Source of the DNA: an uncultured Gemmatimonadales bacterium
Lineage (GTDB): Bacteria; Gemmatimonadota; Gemmatimonadetes; Longimicrobiales; RSA9
Assembly (NCBI GenBank): GCA_963798085.1
Contig: CAWCRS010000007.1
Span: forward strand, 480,001-544,000
Reading direction: 5' to 3'
Length of the DNA stretch: 64,000 nucleotides
The number at the start of each line of letters is the position of its first letter. The first letter of the stretch is position 1. Shown here one piece after another: positions 31,532-41,939 of the stretch. Under the pieces are notes generated by a model that saw only the letters and a program-made list of their open reading frames with translations, made no database searches and was not told where the DNA came from. The position numbers and the translations under genes are program-made.

Positions 31532-32827
31532 TCAGTGGCCGACGGAGAAGAGGCTGAACATGAGGACGGTGCTCTCGCCGAAGCGGCCGGTGCTGCGGCG
31601 CAGTGCGCTGGCGTTCAGGCCCCAGGGACCGAGGTCGAGGCCGAGGCCGGCGCCGGCCTGCCAGCCGGTGGCGTCGGGGCCCATCGAGATCAATGCACCG
31701 CCCAGACGCAGGGGCAGCCAGTGGATGGCGCGCAGCTCGAGACCCGCGCCCAGCTGACGCGAGGGTCCTGTGAGCAGCCCATTCGCGCTGCCCAAGCGCG
31801 CGTCGGCCGAAAGCGTGAGTGCGCGCGAGCTGTGCGCAATGCCTCCCGCAAACACCGGCTTGAATGCCAGTGCGGCAATGTGCTGCTGCACTTCCATTGG
31901 CGCCGAGGCGAGCGGCATGTCTTCCGTGCTCGTAGTCGCACTGCCCTGGCTCAGGCTGACCGACAGCGGGCGATACCGCAGCTGGTCCAGATTCCACGCG
32001 AAGCTCGACGTCACGTTCTGCATCACGGCCGAAACCGTCCAGCCGCCGGATGCGAGTGAAGCGCCCACGTCCACGCCAATGCCGTGGCCGTTGTCCATGC
32101 TGTAGGCGCCACCCTCCACCGCGGTGTGCACCAGCGGGAAGCTCAGGTCGACCGACACGGGATTCGCCGTGGCCAGGCCATTCGAGTTCTCACCCATCGC
32201 CAGGCCGTGCCCCACCACGTACTTCACCGTGACGCCCAGCGAGAAGCGCCCGCCAGCCAATGCAAATGGCTGTGCGAGGCTGGCAGCCACCGTGCTCCAT
32301 GCGACGGCGTTCACATCCGAGCCCGACAGATTCAGGTCGGTCGCCTGACCATCCTCGCCCACGTTGCCGAAGAGGATCAGCTCGGCGACACCGGGCGATA
32401 CGTCCACCAGCGCGCGTGCTTCGCTCAATGCCTGCAGGGCCAGGCGGCCAAGGCGGAGTCCCAGCCACGTGACTTCGCCACCGCCCGTGCCGTTCTGCCC
32501 GCCCTGCGAAACGATACGACCGAGCCAGTCACGCTTCACGCCATCCGGCACGAGCGCGTTCGAATACTGCGAGATGTTGCCCAGCGTGACTGGACCCAGG
32601 CCACTCGTGCCGCGCACCGTCAGCGCAACGAAAGAGGGGCCGCCCGGGAAACCCAGCGCCGCCGGATTCCAGGCCACGGCATCAAGGCCGCGTGCCACTG
32701 CCGTGTAGTTGTCCGCCATGCCCAGCGCCGCCGTGCTCGCGCTGGCTACCTGGGCCCGTGCCGGTGCCACGGCCAGCGCCGCGCTCAATGCGCCCCACGT
32801 CAGGACGCCCATTGTTGTCTTCGTCAT
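31532..32827 (-). CDS. Putative outer-membrane beta-barrel (DUF5723/FadL-like N-terminus)
   Basis: Signal peptide, ALGMA..TAVARG.DAV.WNPA.L, amphipathic strands and LPLRLG. Confidence 0.6.
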   Translation of the reverse strand: MTKTTMGVLTWGALSAALAVAPARAQVASASTAALGMADNYTAVARGLDAVAWNPAALGFPGGPSFVALTVRGTSGLGPVTLGNISQYSNALVPDGVKRDWLGRIVSQGGQNGTGGGEVTWLGLRLGRLALQALSEARALVDVSPGVAELILFGNVGEDGQATDLNLSGSDVNAVAWSTVAASLAQPFALAGGRFSLGVTVKYVVGHGLAMGENSNGLATANPVSVDLSFPLVHTAVEGGAYSMDNGHGIGVDVGASLASGGWTVSAVMQNVTSSFAWNLDQLRYRPLSVSLSQGSATTSTEDMPLASAPMEVQQHIAALAFKPVFAGGIAHSSRALTLSADARLGSANGLLTGPSRQLGAGLELRAIHWLPLRLGGALISMGPDATGWQAGAGLGLDLGPWGLNASALRRSTGRFGESTVLMFSLFSVGH

Positions 32828-32831
32828 GACC

Positions 32832-33401
32832 TCAGCCCTCCCCTCCCAGTTGCACCACCACCTCGAGATCGTTGTCCAGCGTCACCATCGGCCAGGGCGG
32901 CAGCTCGAAACCGCAGCCACTGGCCTTGCACAGCGTCCCCGACGCTTCGATCTGCACCTGCGCGCCCATCAGCGCGCGCACCTGCTCCTGCGTCAGTGGA
33001 ATCCGCTGATTCGGACCACCGGCAATGTTCACCGAGCCGGTCACCGTCACGCCGCCGCCCGTCAGCTTTACCGTCAGTGTGCCGGTGGCGCCGCTCGGGT
33101 TCCGTGGCGTTACCCGGATTGCGGCCTCCATCACCCGGTCGGCTACATCGATATCCGAGAAATCCTGCGACGCCGTGGCCGAGGCCGTAACGCCGGATAC
33201 GGGCAGCTGCACGCTCTCCACGGGGAAGAGGAACGTCGAATCCACCCTCGGCAGACCGGTCGGTACGTCACAGCCCGCCAATCCCGCAACGAACAAGAAA
33301 CCCACGGCCGCGGAATGCCGTATCGACAGGCGTCGACCGGCACGCGCGAGCCAACTGCCCCGCTGCACGACGATTCCGGATCCTGCGTGTGCTTCGCTCA
33401 T
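32832..33401 (-). CDS. Putative lipoprotein (start uncertain)
   Basis: FLFVAGLAG/C lipobox and a beta-rich body. Ends 4 nt before the barrel gene start. Confidence 0.6.
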   Translation of the reverse strand: MSEAHAGSGIVVQRGSWLARAGRRLSIRHSAAVGFLFVAGLAGCDVPTGLPRVDSTFLFPVESVQLPVSGVTASATASQDFSDIDVADRVMEAAIRVTPRNPSGATGTLTVKLTGGGVTVTGSVNIAGGPNQRIPLTQEQVRALMGAQVQIEASGTLCKASGCGFELPPWPMVTLDNDLEVVVQLGGEG

Positions 33402-33552
33402 CGTCTGCCATCCACTCGTGTGTCCGGGACTTCCCGAGAGGCCGGGCAGACACATTTGCCGGGCCCGGGTGTTCACTACCGGGAATGCCTCTCCCAATAT
33501 CGACCAGAAGGGGCTCGGACTTGAGGAGAAAGATGACACGTAAATACAATTC

Positions 33553-33596
33553 AATAAACGACTTACGCCAGTTCCTAAAGATGGCATGCGGCTTCC
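33553..33596 (+). promoter_or_regulatory. IHF-like site + sigma54-like -24/-12 element upstream of tolC
   Basis: AATAAACGACTTA, then a 16-nt gap, then TGGCATGCGGCTTCC. The same layout occurs at 45460-45503. The -12 reads TTCC rather than TTGC. Confidence 0.4.
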
Positions 33597-33709
33597 CTTC
33601 ACAAGGATATGGGGGCCGCGCTGAAAAGGGTGGTGTGGAGGGGGCTGATGGGTGGCCCGGAACGGGTAGTATCGAGCCTGACGACCGGAACATGAGAAGG
33701 AGTTCGCGC

Positions 33710-35314
33710 ATGCGTGAGCGCGTTACGATGGGAGGACCAGGGAAGGTCACGGCGAGGAGAAGTTTCGGGTCGCTGAAGAGCGCAGGCGGCATCGTCGCCT
33801 GCATCCTGCTGATTCCGGGGCTGGCGGCGGCGCAGCAGCAGCCGCCCGCGACGCTCACGGTACAGGAAGCGATCGATCTGGCGCGGAAGAACAACCCGCT
33901 GTACAGGCAGACGGTGAATGATGCCGGGGATGCGGACTGGAGCGTACGGGAAGCGTATGCCAACTTCATCCCCACGCTGCAGATCCAGAATGGCTTCGGC
34001 TACCAGGCGGCGGGCAATGCGCGGGTCGGCGGCATCAGCGCGTCCGACCTTGGCCTCGCCTCCCAACGGCCTGCGATCTATTCCTCCAGCTATGGCATTT
34101 CCGGCGGCATGCAGCTTTCCGGTGCCACGTTCTTCGGGGCTGCGCAGGCGAAGGCGAACCAGAAGGCAACGGATGCACGCATCCAGGCGGCGGCCTTCGA
34201 CCTGTCCAGCAACGTCACGGCCCAGTACCTCGCCGCGCTGCGCGCGCGCGATGGCGTCGCCATTGCACAGACGGCGCTGGATGTAGCGAACGAATCGTTC
34301 CGGCTGGTGGACGCGCAGAACCGCGTAGGTGCTTCGACGCGTCTCGACGTCGCATCCGCCGAAGTGACGAGGGGGCGTGCCGAGGTTGCGCTCATTCAGG
34401 CGAAGAACCTGTACGACACCGAGAAGCTGCGCCTGATGCAGCAGATCGGCGTCGAGTTGAATCGCGACGTCGACCTGACCAGCACATTCGAGGTATTCGA
34501 GCCGCAGTGGACGGTCGAGGAGTTGACGACGCGGGCGCTGCGCGAGCATCCGCAGGTCGTGGCGGCGCGCCGCAACGAGTCGGCGGCGAATGCGGCGACC
34601 AGGGCGAGGTGGAGCCAGTACCTGCCGTCGCTGTCGCTGAATGCGACGCTGTTGTCCGGGTACGTCAGCAAACAGGGCAACGATGCGTACGTGCTGGCGT
34701 CGGCCAAGGCCAAGGCGCAGTCCAGCGTGGACAACTGCGAGTCGTCGAACCTGCTGAACGCGCACCTGGTGACACCGCTGCCCGGTTATCCCAGGGACTG
34801 CAGTACGTTCGCGTACACAGACGCGCAGGGAAACTCGGCGCTGGCTGCTAACAATCTGTTTCCCTTCAACTACACGAAGAGCCCCGCCTCCGTCTCGCTG
34901 TTCATTTCTCTGCCCATTTTCGATGGATTCACGCGGGAGCGGCAGCTGGACCAGGCGAAGGCCGCTGCGGAGGATGCGCGGTATGCGCGGCGCGCGGAGG
35001 AGCTGAACCGCAGCACCATGGTCGCGCAGAACCTGCTGGCGCTGAACGCGGCGTACCAGTCGGTGCAGATCGAAGAGAAGAACGCCGCGACGGCGGCGGA
35101 GCAGCTGCACCTGGCGCAGGAGAAGTATCGTCTGGGTGCAGGAAATGTGATCGAGCTGACGCAGGCGCAGGACACCAAGGCCAAAGCCGATCAATCGCGG
35201 CTGGGCGCCATTTATCAGTTCCACCAGTCACTGGCCGCACTCGAGGCGGCGGTGGGCGAACCATTGCGCAACACGCGGCAGGGTGACGACGACGCGCCTG
35301 CCCGGGAGAAATAA
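33710..35314 (+). CDS. TolC family outer-membrane efflux channel
   Basis: AAGGAG RBS, LTVQEAIDLA..NNP, YLPSLSL, SLPIFDGF and YRLGAG..IEL..AQ. Confidence 0.9.
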   Translation: MRERVTMGGPGKVTARRSFGSLKSAGGIVACILLIPGLAAAQQQPPATLTVQEAIDLARKNNPLYRQTVNDAGDADWSVREAYANFIPTLQIQNGFGYQAAGNARVGGISASDLGLASQRPAIYSSSYGISGGMQLSGATFFGAAQAKANQKATDARIQAAAFDLSSNVTAQYLAALRARDGVAIAQTALDVANESFRLVDAQNRVGASTRLDVASAEVTRGRAEVALIQAKNLYDTEKLRLMQQIGVELNRDVDLTSTFEVFEPQWTVEELTTRALREHPQVVAARRNESAANAATRARWSQYLPSLSLNATLLSGYVSKQGNDAYVLASAKAKAQSSVDNCESSNLLNAHLVTPLPGYPRDCSTFAYTDAQGNSALAANNLFPFNYTKSPASVSLFISLPIFDGFTRERQLDQAKAAAEDARYARRAEELNRSTMVAQNLLALNAAYQSVQIEEKNAATAAEQLHLAQEKYRLGAGNVIELTQAQDTKAKADQSRLGAIYQFHQSLAALEAAVGEPLRNTRQGDDDAPAREK

Positions 35315-35316
35315 AC

Positions 35317-36573
35317 ATGGACAAGCCGCGCGCCAACCCGCCCAAGAAGCGCGGGAAGCTCTACATAGCTCTGGGGATCGTGGGTGCCGTGGCCATCACG
35401 CTGGGTCTCTCGCGGCTCAAGCCGGCGCCGCCCAGCGTGGACGCAGAACTGGCCTGGCGCGACACCGTGGAAATGGGACCCATGGTGAAGCAGGTGCGCG
35501 GTCCCGGCACACTGGTTCCGGAGCATATCCAGATCATCTCCGCGCTGACCAGCGGCCGCGTCGAGGAAAAGATCATCCAGCCGGGCCAGCGGGTAGAACC
35601 GAACACGGTGTTGCTGCGCCTGAGCAATCCCGACGAGCAGCTGCAGCTCCTGAACGAGCAGCGCCAGCTGGGTGACGCGCGCGCCAACCTCGTGAGCCTC
35701 ACTTCCAACCTGGAATCGCAGCGGCTCACGCAGTCCGCCGCGGTGTCCACGCTGGAGAGCCAGTTCAAGGACGCCGCGCGCACCGATTCGGTGGACGAGG
35801 AGCTGAATGCCAAGAACCTGATCAACCGCAACCAGTACCTGGCGGACAAGAACAACCTGCACACGCTGAAGGAGCGCCTGGAATACGCGCAGAAGCAGCT
35901 GGAGGTAATGTCCAACTCCGTCGCGTCACAACTGGGCGCGCAGGAAGACCAGGTGAAGCAGCTGGAAAAGATCGTCCAGTTCCGGGAAGAGCGCATTGCT
36001 TCCATGCAGGTGCGGGCGAACGCCTCCGGTGTGCTGCAGCGACTGGGCGCCAACAACGACCTGGAGACGGGCCAGTACGTGCTTGCCGGTTCCGAGATCG
36101 CGCGCGTGGTGCAGCCGGGCAAGCTGAAGGCCGTGCTGCGCATTCCTGAAACCCAGGTGGTCGATGTCGCGTTAGGTCAGGAAGTCGAAATCGACACGCG
36201 CAATGGAATCGTGATCGGCAAGGTCATGCGGATCGATCCGGCCTCGTCCGCCGGAACCGTGGGTGTGGATGTGTCGCTGCCCGACAGTCTGCCCAGCAGC
36301 GCCCGCCCCGACCTGAACGTGGATGGCCGCATTATTGTCGACCGGCTGCCCAACGTGCTGCACGTGCAGCGCCAGCAGTACGCGAACCAGAACTCGTCGA
36401 TCGGACTCTTCCGCATGGAGCCGGACGGCAAGAACGCCAGCCGCGTGACCGTGCAGATCGGCGCCGTATCCGTGAACGAAATGGAGATCAAGGGCGGCCT
36501 CAAGGCCGGCAATGTCGTGATTCTCTCGGATATGTCGCAGTGGGATAGTTACGACAGGATACGCTTGCGGTAG
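35317..36573 (+). CDS. Periplasmic adaptor (MFP/HlyD, MacA-like)
   Basis: N-terminal TM, VRGPGTLVPE..SGRVE..PGQ.V lipoyl halves, coiled coil and GLKAG.VVI. Confidence 0.9.
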   Translation: MDKPRANPPKKRGKLYIALGIVGAVAITLGLSRLKPAPPSVDAELAWRDTVEMGPMVKQVRGPGTLVPEHIQIISALTSGRVEEKIIQPGQRVEPNTVLLRLSNPDEQLQLLNEQRQLGDARANLVSLTSNLESQRLTQSAAVSTLESQFKDAARTDSVDEELNAKNLINRNQYLADKNNLHTLKERLEYAQKQLEVMSNSVASQLGAQEDQVKQLEKIVQFREERIASMQVRANASGVLQRLGANNDLETGQYVLAGSEIARVVQPGKLKAVLRIPETQVVDVALGQEVEIDTRNGIVIGKVMRIDPASSAGTVGVDVSLPDSLPSSARPDLNVDGRIIVDRLPNVLHVQRQQYANQNSSIGLFRMEPDGKNASRVTVQIGAVSVNEMEIKGGLKAGNVVILSDMSQWDSYDRIRLR

Positions 36574-36594
36574 CGCCGTGGAGAATCTGTAGAA

Positions 36595-36701
36595 GCGTTT
36601 CTGGGGCTGGGGCTCGGGCTGGGGCTGGGAACGGATGGAGCGGCAATGCGGCCCCATCTACCCCCAACCCCTCCCAGCGCGAGCCCGAGCCCGAGAAACG
36701 C
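36595..36701. repeat. Family B palindromic element
   Basis: Inverted arms GCGTTTCTGGGGCTGGGCTCGGGCTGGG ... CCCAGCGCGAGCCCGAGCCCGAGAAACGC. Confidence 0.75.
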
Positions 36702-36796
36702 CGTTCATGATTCCGTTCAGCAACGATGCGGAGTTTCCAGAAGTCTAAACAGAGTCGAATTCCCAGGCAGCATTGACCCGGAACCCGGAGCCAACG

Positions 36797-37531
36797 ATGG
36801 AGCCCCTGATCCAGCTCAACGGTGTCAGCAAGGTGTTCTACACGGACGAGGTGGAGACGCACGCGCTGTCCACGATCCACCTCAAGATCGACCGTGGTGA
36901 GTACGTTGCCATCGCGGGCCCGTCGGGCTGCGGCAAGACCACGCTGCTCTCGCTGCTGGGTCTGCTGGATTCGCCCACCGAGGGCCAGTATCTGCTGGAC
37001 AACAAGGACGTCTCTTCGCTGTCCGCATCGGAGCGGGCGCGCGTCCGCAACCGCGAGATCGGGTTCATCTTCCAGGCGTTCAACCTGATCGGTGACCTGA
37101 CCGTGTTCGAGAACGTCGAGCTGCCGCTCACCTACCGCGGCATGCCGTCCTCGGAGCGCAAGGAACGCGTCATGGCGGCGCTCGAACGCGTGGGCATGGC
37201 GCACCGCACGAAGCACTATCCGTCGCAGCTCTCGGGCGGTCAGCAGCAGCGCGTGGCTGTCGCGCGCGCCATCGTCGGCAAGCCGCTGATCCTGCTCGCG
37301 GACGAGCCCACCGGAAACCTCGATTCGAAGAACGGTGAGGCCGTGATGGACCTGCTCAAGGAGCTGCACGGCGACGGCGCTACCATCTGCATGGTGACAC
37401 ACGATCCGCGCTACGCACGCTACGCCGAACGCACCATCCACCTTTTCGACGGCCAGGTGGTGCGCGACGAAGCCACAACGCAGGCGCACGAACTGGAAGA
37501 GAGCGGCTTCGAGCTGCATCAGGGGCAGTAG
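36797..37531 (+). CDS. ABC ATPase, MacB/LolD family
   Basis: GPSGCGKTT, IGFIFQAFNL, LSGGQQQRVA, LADEPTGNLD and VTHD. Confidence 0.96.
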   Translation: MEPLIQLNGVSKVFYTDEVETHALSTIHLKIDRGEYVAIAGPSGCGKTTLLSLLGLLDSPTEGQYLLDNKDVSSLSASERARVRNREIGFIFQAFNLIGDLTVFENVELPLTYRGMPSSERKERVMAALERVGMAHRTKHYPSQLSGGQQQRVAVARAIVGKPLILLADEPTGNLDSKNGEAVMDLLKELHGDGATICMVTHDPRYARYAERTIHLFDGQVVRDEATTQAHELEESGFELHQGQ

Positions 37532-37855
37532 CCGCTGCGCGGAACGACGGCCGCCTGCGTCGCGAGCGCGACGCGTCGTTTTCCTGAGTGGCGGATCGGT
37601 TGAAGCAAAACGGGACGTCGCTGCGTAGTGGTTGCAGTCGGGATGCAGCAGACCTGATAACATGCTGTATGCAGCAGGCAACCCGACGGAGCCGCAAGGC
37701 GTCAAACAGATAGTCAGGTTCAACGAAGTAAGAGCCCGGGTCGCCAGACCTGAGCTTCCCCCGGGCGGGCGTCGGTTGCGCGCTGTTGTTCCGACGCCCG
37801 CCCACCCCTCCTCCAGCGTGAGGTTTTTCGCGCTGGCTGTTTTTGTGTCGTTGAT

Positions 37856-37870
37856 TTCTACATTGTAGAA
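37856..37870. promoter_or_regulatory. Perfect palindrome, candidate PadR operator
   Basis: TTCTACA-T-TGTAGAA lies 9 nt before the ATG of the permease-padR unit. Confidence 0.5.
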
Positions 37871-37879
37871 TGGAACGCC

Positions 37880-40505
37880 ATGAAACACACAAGAGCACCG
37901 CGCACACCGCTGCATCTGCTGCGACTGCTGCTCCCCCTGGCCGAGCGCGACGAGGTGTGCGCGGACCTGGAGCGGGAATACGCGCGGCGACTGCACCGCC
38001 AGGGTCGCCGGCGGGCGGATTTCTGGCTATGGCGTCAGGCGCTGCGGTCCTCGCCTGCGCTGCTGCGCCGCAGCTGGTGGCGGGGGAAGACGGGATTCGA
38101 ACCGGAAGCGAATCGCCTGAGAACGGGAGGCCCCATGCTGGAGAGCTGGGTCATGGATGTTCGCTATTCGGTGCGGCGCCTTGCGAGACGACCGCTCTAC
38201 GCGCTGCTGGCAGTGCTCACGCTGTCGCTGGGCGTGGGTGGCGCGGGCGCAATTTTCACGATCGTGCGCTCGCTGCTGCTGGACCCGCTGCCGGTCGCCG
38301 CGGAACGCGACCTGGCGGTGTTCTGGAATGGCGGCGACTGGTCGGAGCAGGAATTCCTCTCCTTGCGTGGTCAGTTCGCAGGCTTTCGCCAGGTAGCGGC
38401 ATTCCGCCACGCAGGTGTGACGCTGGAGGCGCCGGGTGCGTCGCCTCGCCTGGTGGAAGGCGTGGCGTCGTCGTCGGAATTTTTCGATGTCCTGGGCACG
38501 CCTCCACTGCTTGGTCGCACGCTGCGCGCGGGCGATGATGCCGTGGGGGCGGCGCCCATCGCAGTGATCGGCTGGGGCCTGTGGCAGCAGCTGGGTGGCA
38601 ACGCCTCGATCATCGGCTCGCAGCTGATGATGAACGGGAGTGGGCACACGATCGTGGGCGTCATGCCGCGCGCCTTCTGGTTTCCCGATCCGTCTGTGCG
38701 CATTCTGGCTGCCGCAGCCGTTGCACCCGGAGTCGAGAACTGGCAACTACGCGCTGATCGGGCGCATGGATCCGGGGCTGACGATTGCCGGCATGAATGC
38801 GCCGCTGGCGCGCATCACGTCGTTCCTGGCAGCGCATTACACGTATCCGGCGCAATGGGACAAGACGAAGAACGCGACGCTGATTCCGGTCCGCGACTTT
38901 GTTGCCGGGCCGGTGCGTCCCGCGCTGCTCGCGACACTGGCCGCCATGGCGGCGATCCTGCTGATGGCGTGCGCGAACGTGGCGGCGCTGATGCTGGGCC
39001 AGGTGGATGGCCGAGGCGAGGAGATGGCGTTGCGCACCGCACTGGGCGCCGGCCGGCTGCGGTTGCTGCAGCAGCTGGGCGCGGAGGCGCTGCTGGTGGG
39101 GCTCATGTCGGGCGTCGCCGGCGCGGGCGTGGCGCTTACTGCATTCCCGATGCTGGTGCACACGCTGCCGCTGGGTGCACTGGCGGAAACCGCGCGCGCG
39201 GGCTGGCCCGTGATGCTCATGGCGATGGTGATCGCGCTGGCCGGTGCGTTGCTGGTGGCCGCTGTTCCTGTGTTCGCGCTATGGCGGAGTGACCTGCGTG
39301 ACGCCATCGGAACCGCGCGCACGACCGGGCTCAGCCAGGGCGGGCGCCTGGAGAGCGGTCTCGTCGTGCTCGAGGTGGCGCTCGCCGTGCTGATGGCGTC
39401 GGGCGCGGCCCTGCTGATTCGCAGCGTCGACAAGCTGGGTGCGATCGATCCCGGCATCGACGCGGGTGGTGTCGGCGTGATCGACATGGCGCTGCCCGCG
39501 AATCTGGCTCCACCCGACCGCAGGCGACTGCTGGCCGAGGTCGTGCCCGGTCTCGCGGCGCTGCCCGGTGTACGCAGCGCGGCGGCCACATCGAAGCTGC
39601 CGCTGCGCGGGACCGGCGACAACTGGGGCATCGTGCTGGTGGCGAAGCCGGAGCTGCCCATGACCACGACTGCCTTCCGTGTGATAACACCGGATTACTT
39701 CCGGGTCCTGGGAATGGCGCTGAAGCGAGGCCGGCTGTTCGAGGAAGCGGACCGGGCGGCCCCGGCACCCGTCGTCGTCATCAATGAAGCGCTGGCGCGG
39801 AAGTATTTCGCGGGCGGGGACCCGATCGGCCAGCAGATCGGCGGGGCCGGGCCCCGCCCTGCCACGATCGTAGGCGTTGTCGCGGACGCGGCGGAAGCGC
39901 GTCTCACGGATGCCGCCGTGCCTGCGCGCTACATGCTGTACGAGCACGCTCCCTATGCGCCGGCGGGGAATGCGCTGGTGCTGAAGCTGCAGCGCGTGAG
40001 TGACATGGGTCCCGCGCTCGCAGCGGCGCGCGCCCTGATCGAGAAGACCATCCCGGGAGCGGCGGTGCAGACGACGACCAGCCTGCAGCAGGTGCTCGCG
40101 GAGAGCATGGGGCCGGCGCGGCAGACGCGTTCCCTGCTGGCACTGCTGGCGGGACTGGCGCTGGTGCTGGGCGCGGTGGGCGTATACGGCGTCACGGCGC
40201 ACGCGGTGTCCCGCCGGCAGCGTGAGATCGGCATTCGCCTGGCGCTGGGCATGCGGCGCTCACGGGTGGTCGGCCGCATCCTGGTCCGAGGCGGCATGCT
40301 GATCGGCGCGGGCATTGCTGCGGGCGTCCTCGCTTCGCTGTTCGTGACGCGCGTCGTGGCCTCGCTGTTGTACGGCGTGGCGGTGAACGATCCGGTCGCG
40401 CTGCTGGGGGCGACGGCGACTCTGCTGGCGGCGGGACTCGCGGCAACGGCAATTCCCGCGTGGCGGGCGAGCCGCTTCGATCCCGCGGTCGTGCTGCACG
40501 AGTGA
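37880..40505 (+). CDS. Duplicated MacB/FtsX-type ABC permease (ADOP-like), with one frameshift at ~38704
   Basis: Two MacB_PCD+FtsX halves (ACANVA..E.ALR.ALGA; EIGIRLALG) are split over ORFs 37880-39292 and 38640-40505. Deleting one base restores R-I-W-L-P. Confidence 0.9.
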
Positions 40506-40533
40506 CTAACGATGTGTTTGAGGAGTGCGAAAC

Positions 40534-40866
40534 ATGGGCGCGGGGCCGCTGGGCAATTTCGAGGAACAGGTGCTGATCGCGGTGCTGCGAACGGCGGGCG
40601 AGGCGTTCGGCATGAATGTGCGTCGCGAGATCGAGAGTGTGACCGGGCGTGACGCCGCGATCGGAGCCGTCTACGCCACGCTGGACCGGCTCGAGGCGAA
40701 GGGTCTCGTAACGTCGGCACGGCGCATGCTGGACAACCAGTCGCGGCGTGTGTTCACCGTCCGGCATGCCGGTCTGGTGCAACTGGCGGAAACGCAGGCC
40801 ATGCGCGACCGTCTGTGGCGGGATGTCGACCTGGCGCGTCTGCTGAAGGGTAATCGGCCGCCATGA
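40534..40866 (+). CDS. PadR family transcriptional regulator
   Basis: LGNFEEQVL, GAVYATLDRLEAKGLV and RRVF. Confidence 0.9.
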   Translation: MGAGPLGNFEEQVLIAVLRTAGEAFGMNVRREIESVTGRDAAIGAVYATLDRLEAKGLVTSARRMLDNQSRRVFTVRHAGLVQLAETQAMRDRLWRDVDLARLLKGNRPP

Positions 40867-41939
40867 GTCATGAGATCGCGCACCAGCGCATGGCGAACCA
40901 GCGGTTGGCGGCCGACAGGCTGGCCACGCCGGAGGCTGTGGTGCGCTGGCTGGTGGCCGTGCAGGCGCAGGAGTATGCGCTGGCCCGGTGGTCGGTGGGC
41001 CTGCGCGCCGCAGCGGCAGTTGACGCAGTCGTGGAGCGCGCGCTCGCGGAGGGCAAGCTGCTGCGCACGCACGTGCTGCGACCGACGTGGCACTTCGTGC
41101 TGCCCGAAGACATACACTGGCTGCTGCAGCTCACCTCGCCACATGTGCGCAGGCGCAGTGCCTACCGCGATCGCCAGCTGGAGTTGACGGAGACGCTGTA
41201 CGCGCGCACTAACACGCTGCTGGAGAAGGCGCTGGGCGGGGGCCGGCAGCTGACGCGTGCGCAGCTGTCAGCCGGGCTCGGCCGCCAGCGCGTGGACGCG
41301 ACCGGGTCGCGCCTCGGCCACATCCTCATGCGCGCCGAGCTGGATGGCGTGATCTGCAGCGGGGCCCGCAGCGGCAGGCAGCACACGTACGCACTGCTCG
41401 CGGAGCGAGCGCCCCGGGCGCGGTCGCTGTCACGCGAAGAAGCACTCGGAGAGCTGACACTGCGTTATTTCGCGAGCCGCGGCCCGGCGACGCTCAGGGA
41501 TTTCGTGTGGTGGTCGGGTCTGGGCACGGCAGAAGCACGGCATGGTCTGGCGCTGGCTGCCTCGCATCTGCAGCGGACCCGGCTGGAAGGACGGGAGTTC
41601 TGGCTGAGCCGGGCGCCGGTCTGCCCGCGCGAGCCTTCGCCCAGCGCGCATCTGCTGCAGGGTTTCGACGAGTACGTGATCGCCTACAGCGAAACCCGCC
41701 ATGTGCTGGACACGGCGGGGCTGGGGAGCCTGTCGTTTCCGGCGAGGCCGCCGTTCACGCACGCGCTCATCATCGATGGCCAGGCGGTGGGCCGCTGGCG
41801 TCACGTGCGAGGACCGCGGAGCATAGCCATCGAGCTGCAGCCGGCGCGGCCGCTCTCGCCAGCCGATAACGACGCATTACGCCAGGCCGCAGAACGCTAC
41901 GCGCGCTTCGCCGGTGTGCCCGTGACGGTGCGCGCCTAG
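40863..41939 (+). CDS. AlkZ/YcaQ-like winged-helix (HTH_42) DNA glycosylase family protein
   Basis: QAQ catalytic-type motif (AVQAQEY), LRTHVLRPTWHFV, GPATLRDF.WWSGL and FDEY.IAY. Confidence 0.85.
   Translation: MSHEIAHQRMANQRLAADRLATPEAVVRWLVAVQAQEYALARWSVGLRAAAAVDAVVERALAEGKLLRTHVLRPTWHFVLPEDIHWLLQLTSPHVRRRSAYRDRQLELTETLYARTNTLLEKALGGGRQLTRAQLSAGLGRQRVDATGSRLGHILMRAELDGVICSGARSGRQHTYALLAERAPRARSLSREEALGELTLRYFASRGPATLRDFVWWSGLGTAEARHGLALAASHLQRTRLEGREFWLSRAPVCPREPSPSAHLLQGFDEYVIAYSETRHVLDTAGLGSLSFPARPPFTHALIIDGQAVGRWRHVRGPRSIAIELQPARPLSPADNDALRQAAERYARFAGVPVTVRA

Noticed and set aside
33389..33709. N-terminal extension of TolC ORF (641 aa) and upstream extension of ORF 32832-33602
   Set aside because: The region is an AT-richer divergent promoter. 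The TolC RBS and signal peptide fit a start at 33710.
37670..37760. c-di-GMP-I, TPP or 6S RNA resemblance
   Set aside because: Only isolated words match (GGCAA, TGAACCTGA, CAGGTTCAA) and the required core motifs and spacing are absent. Kept only as an unclassified structured region.
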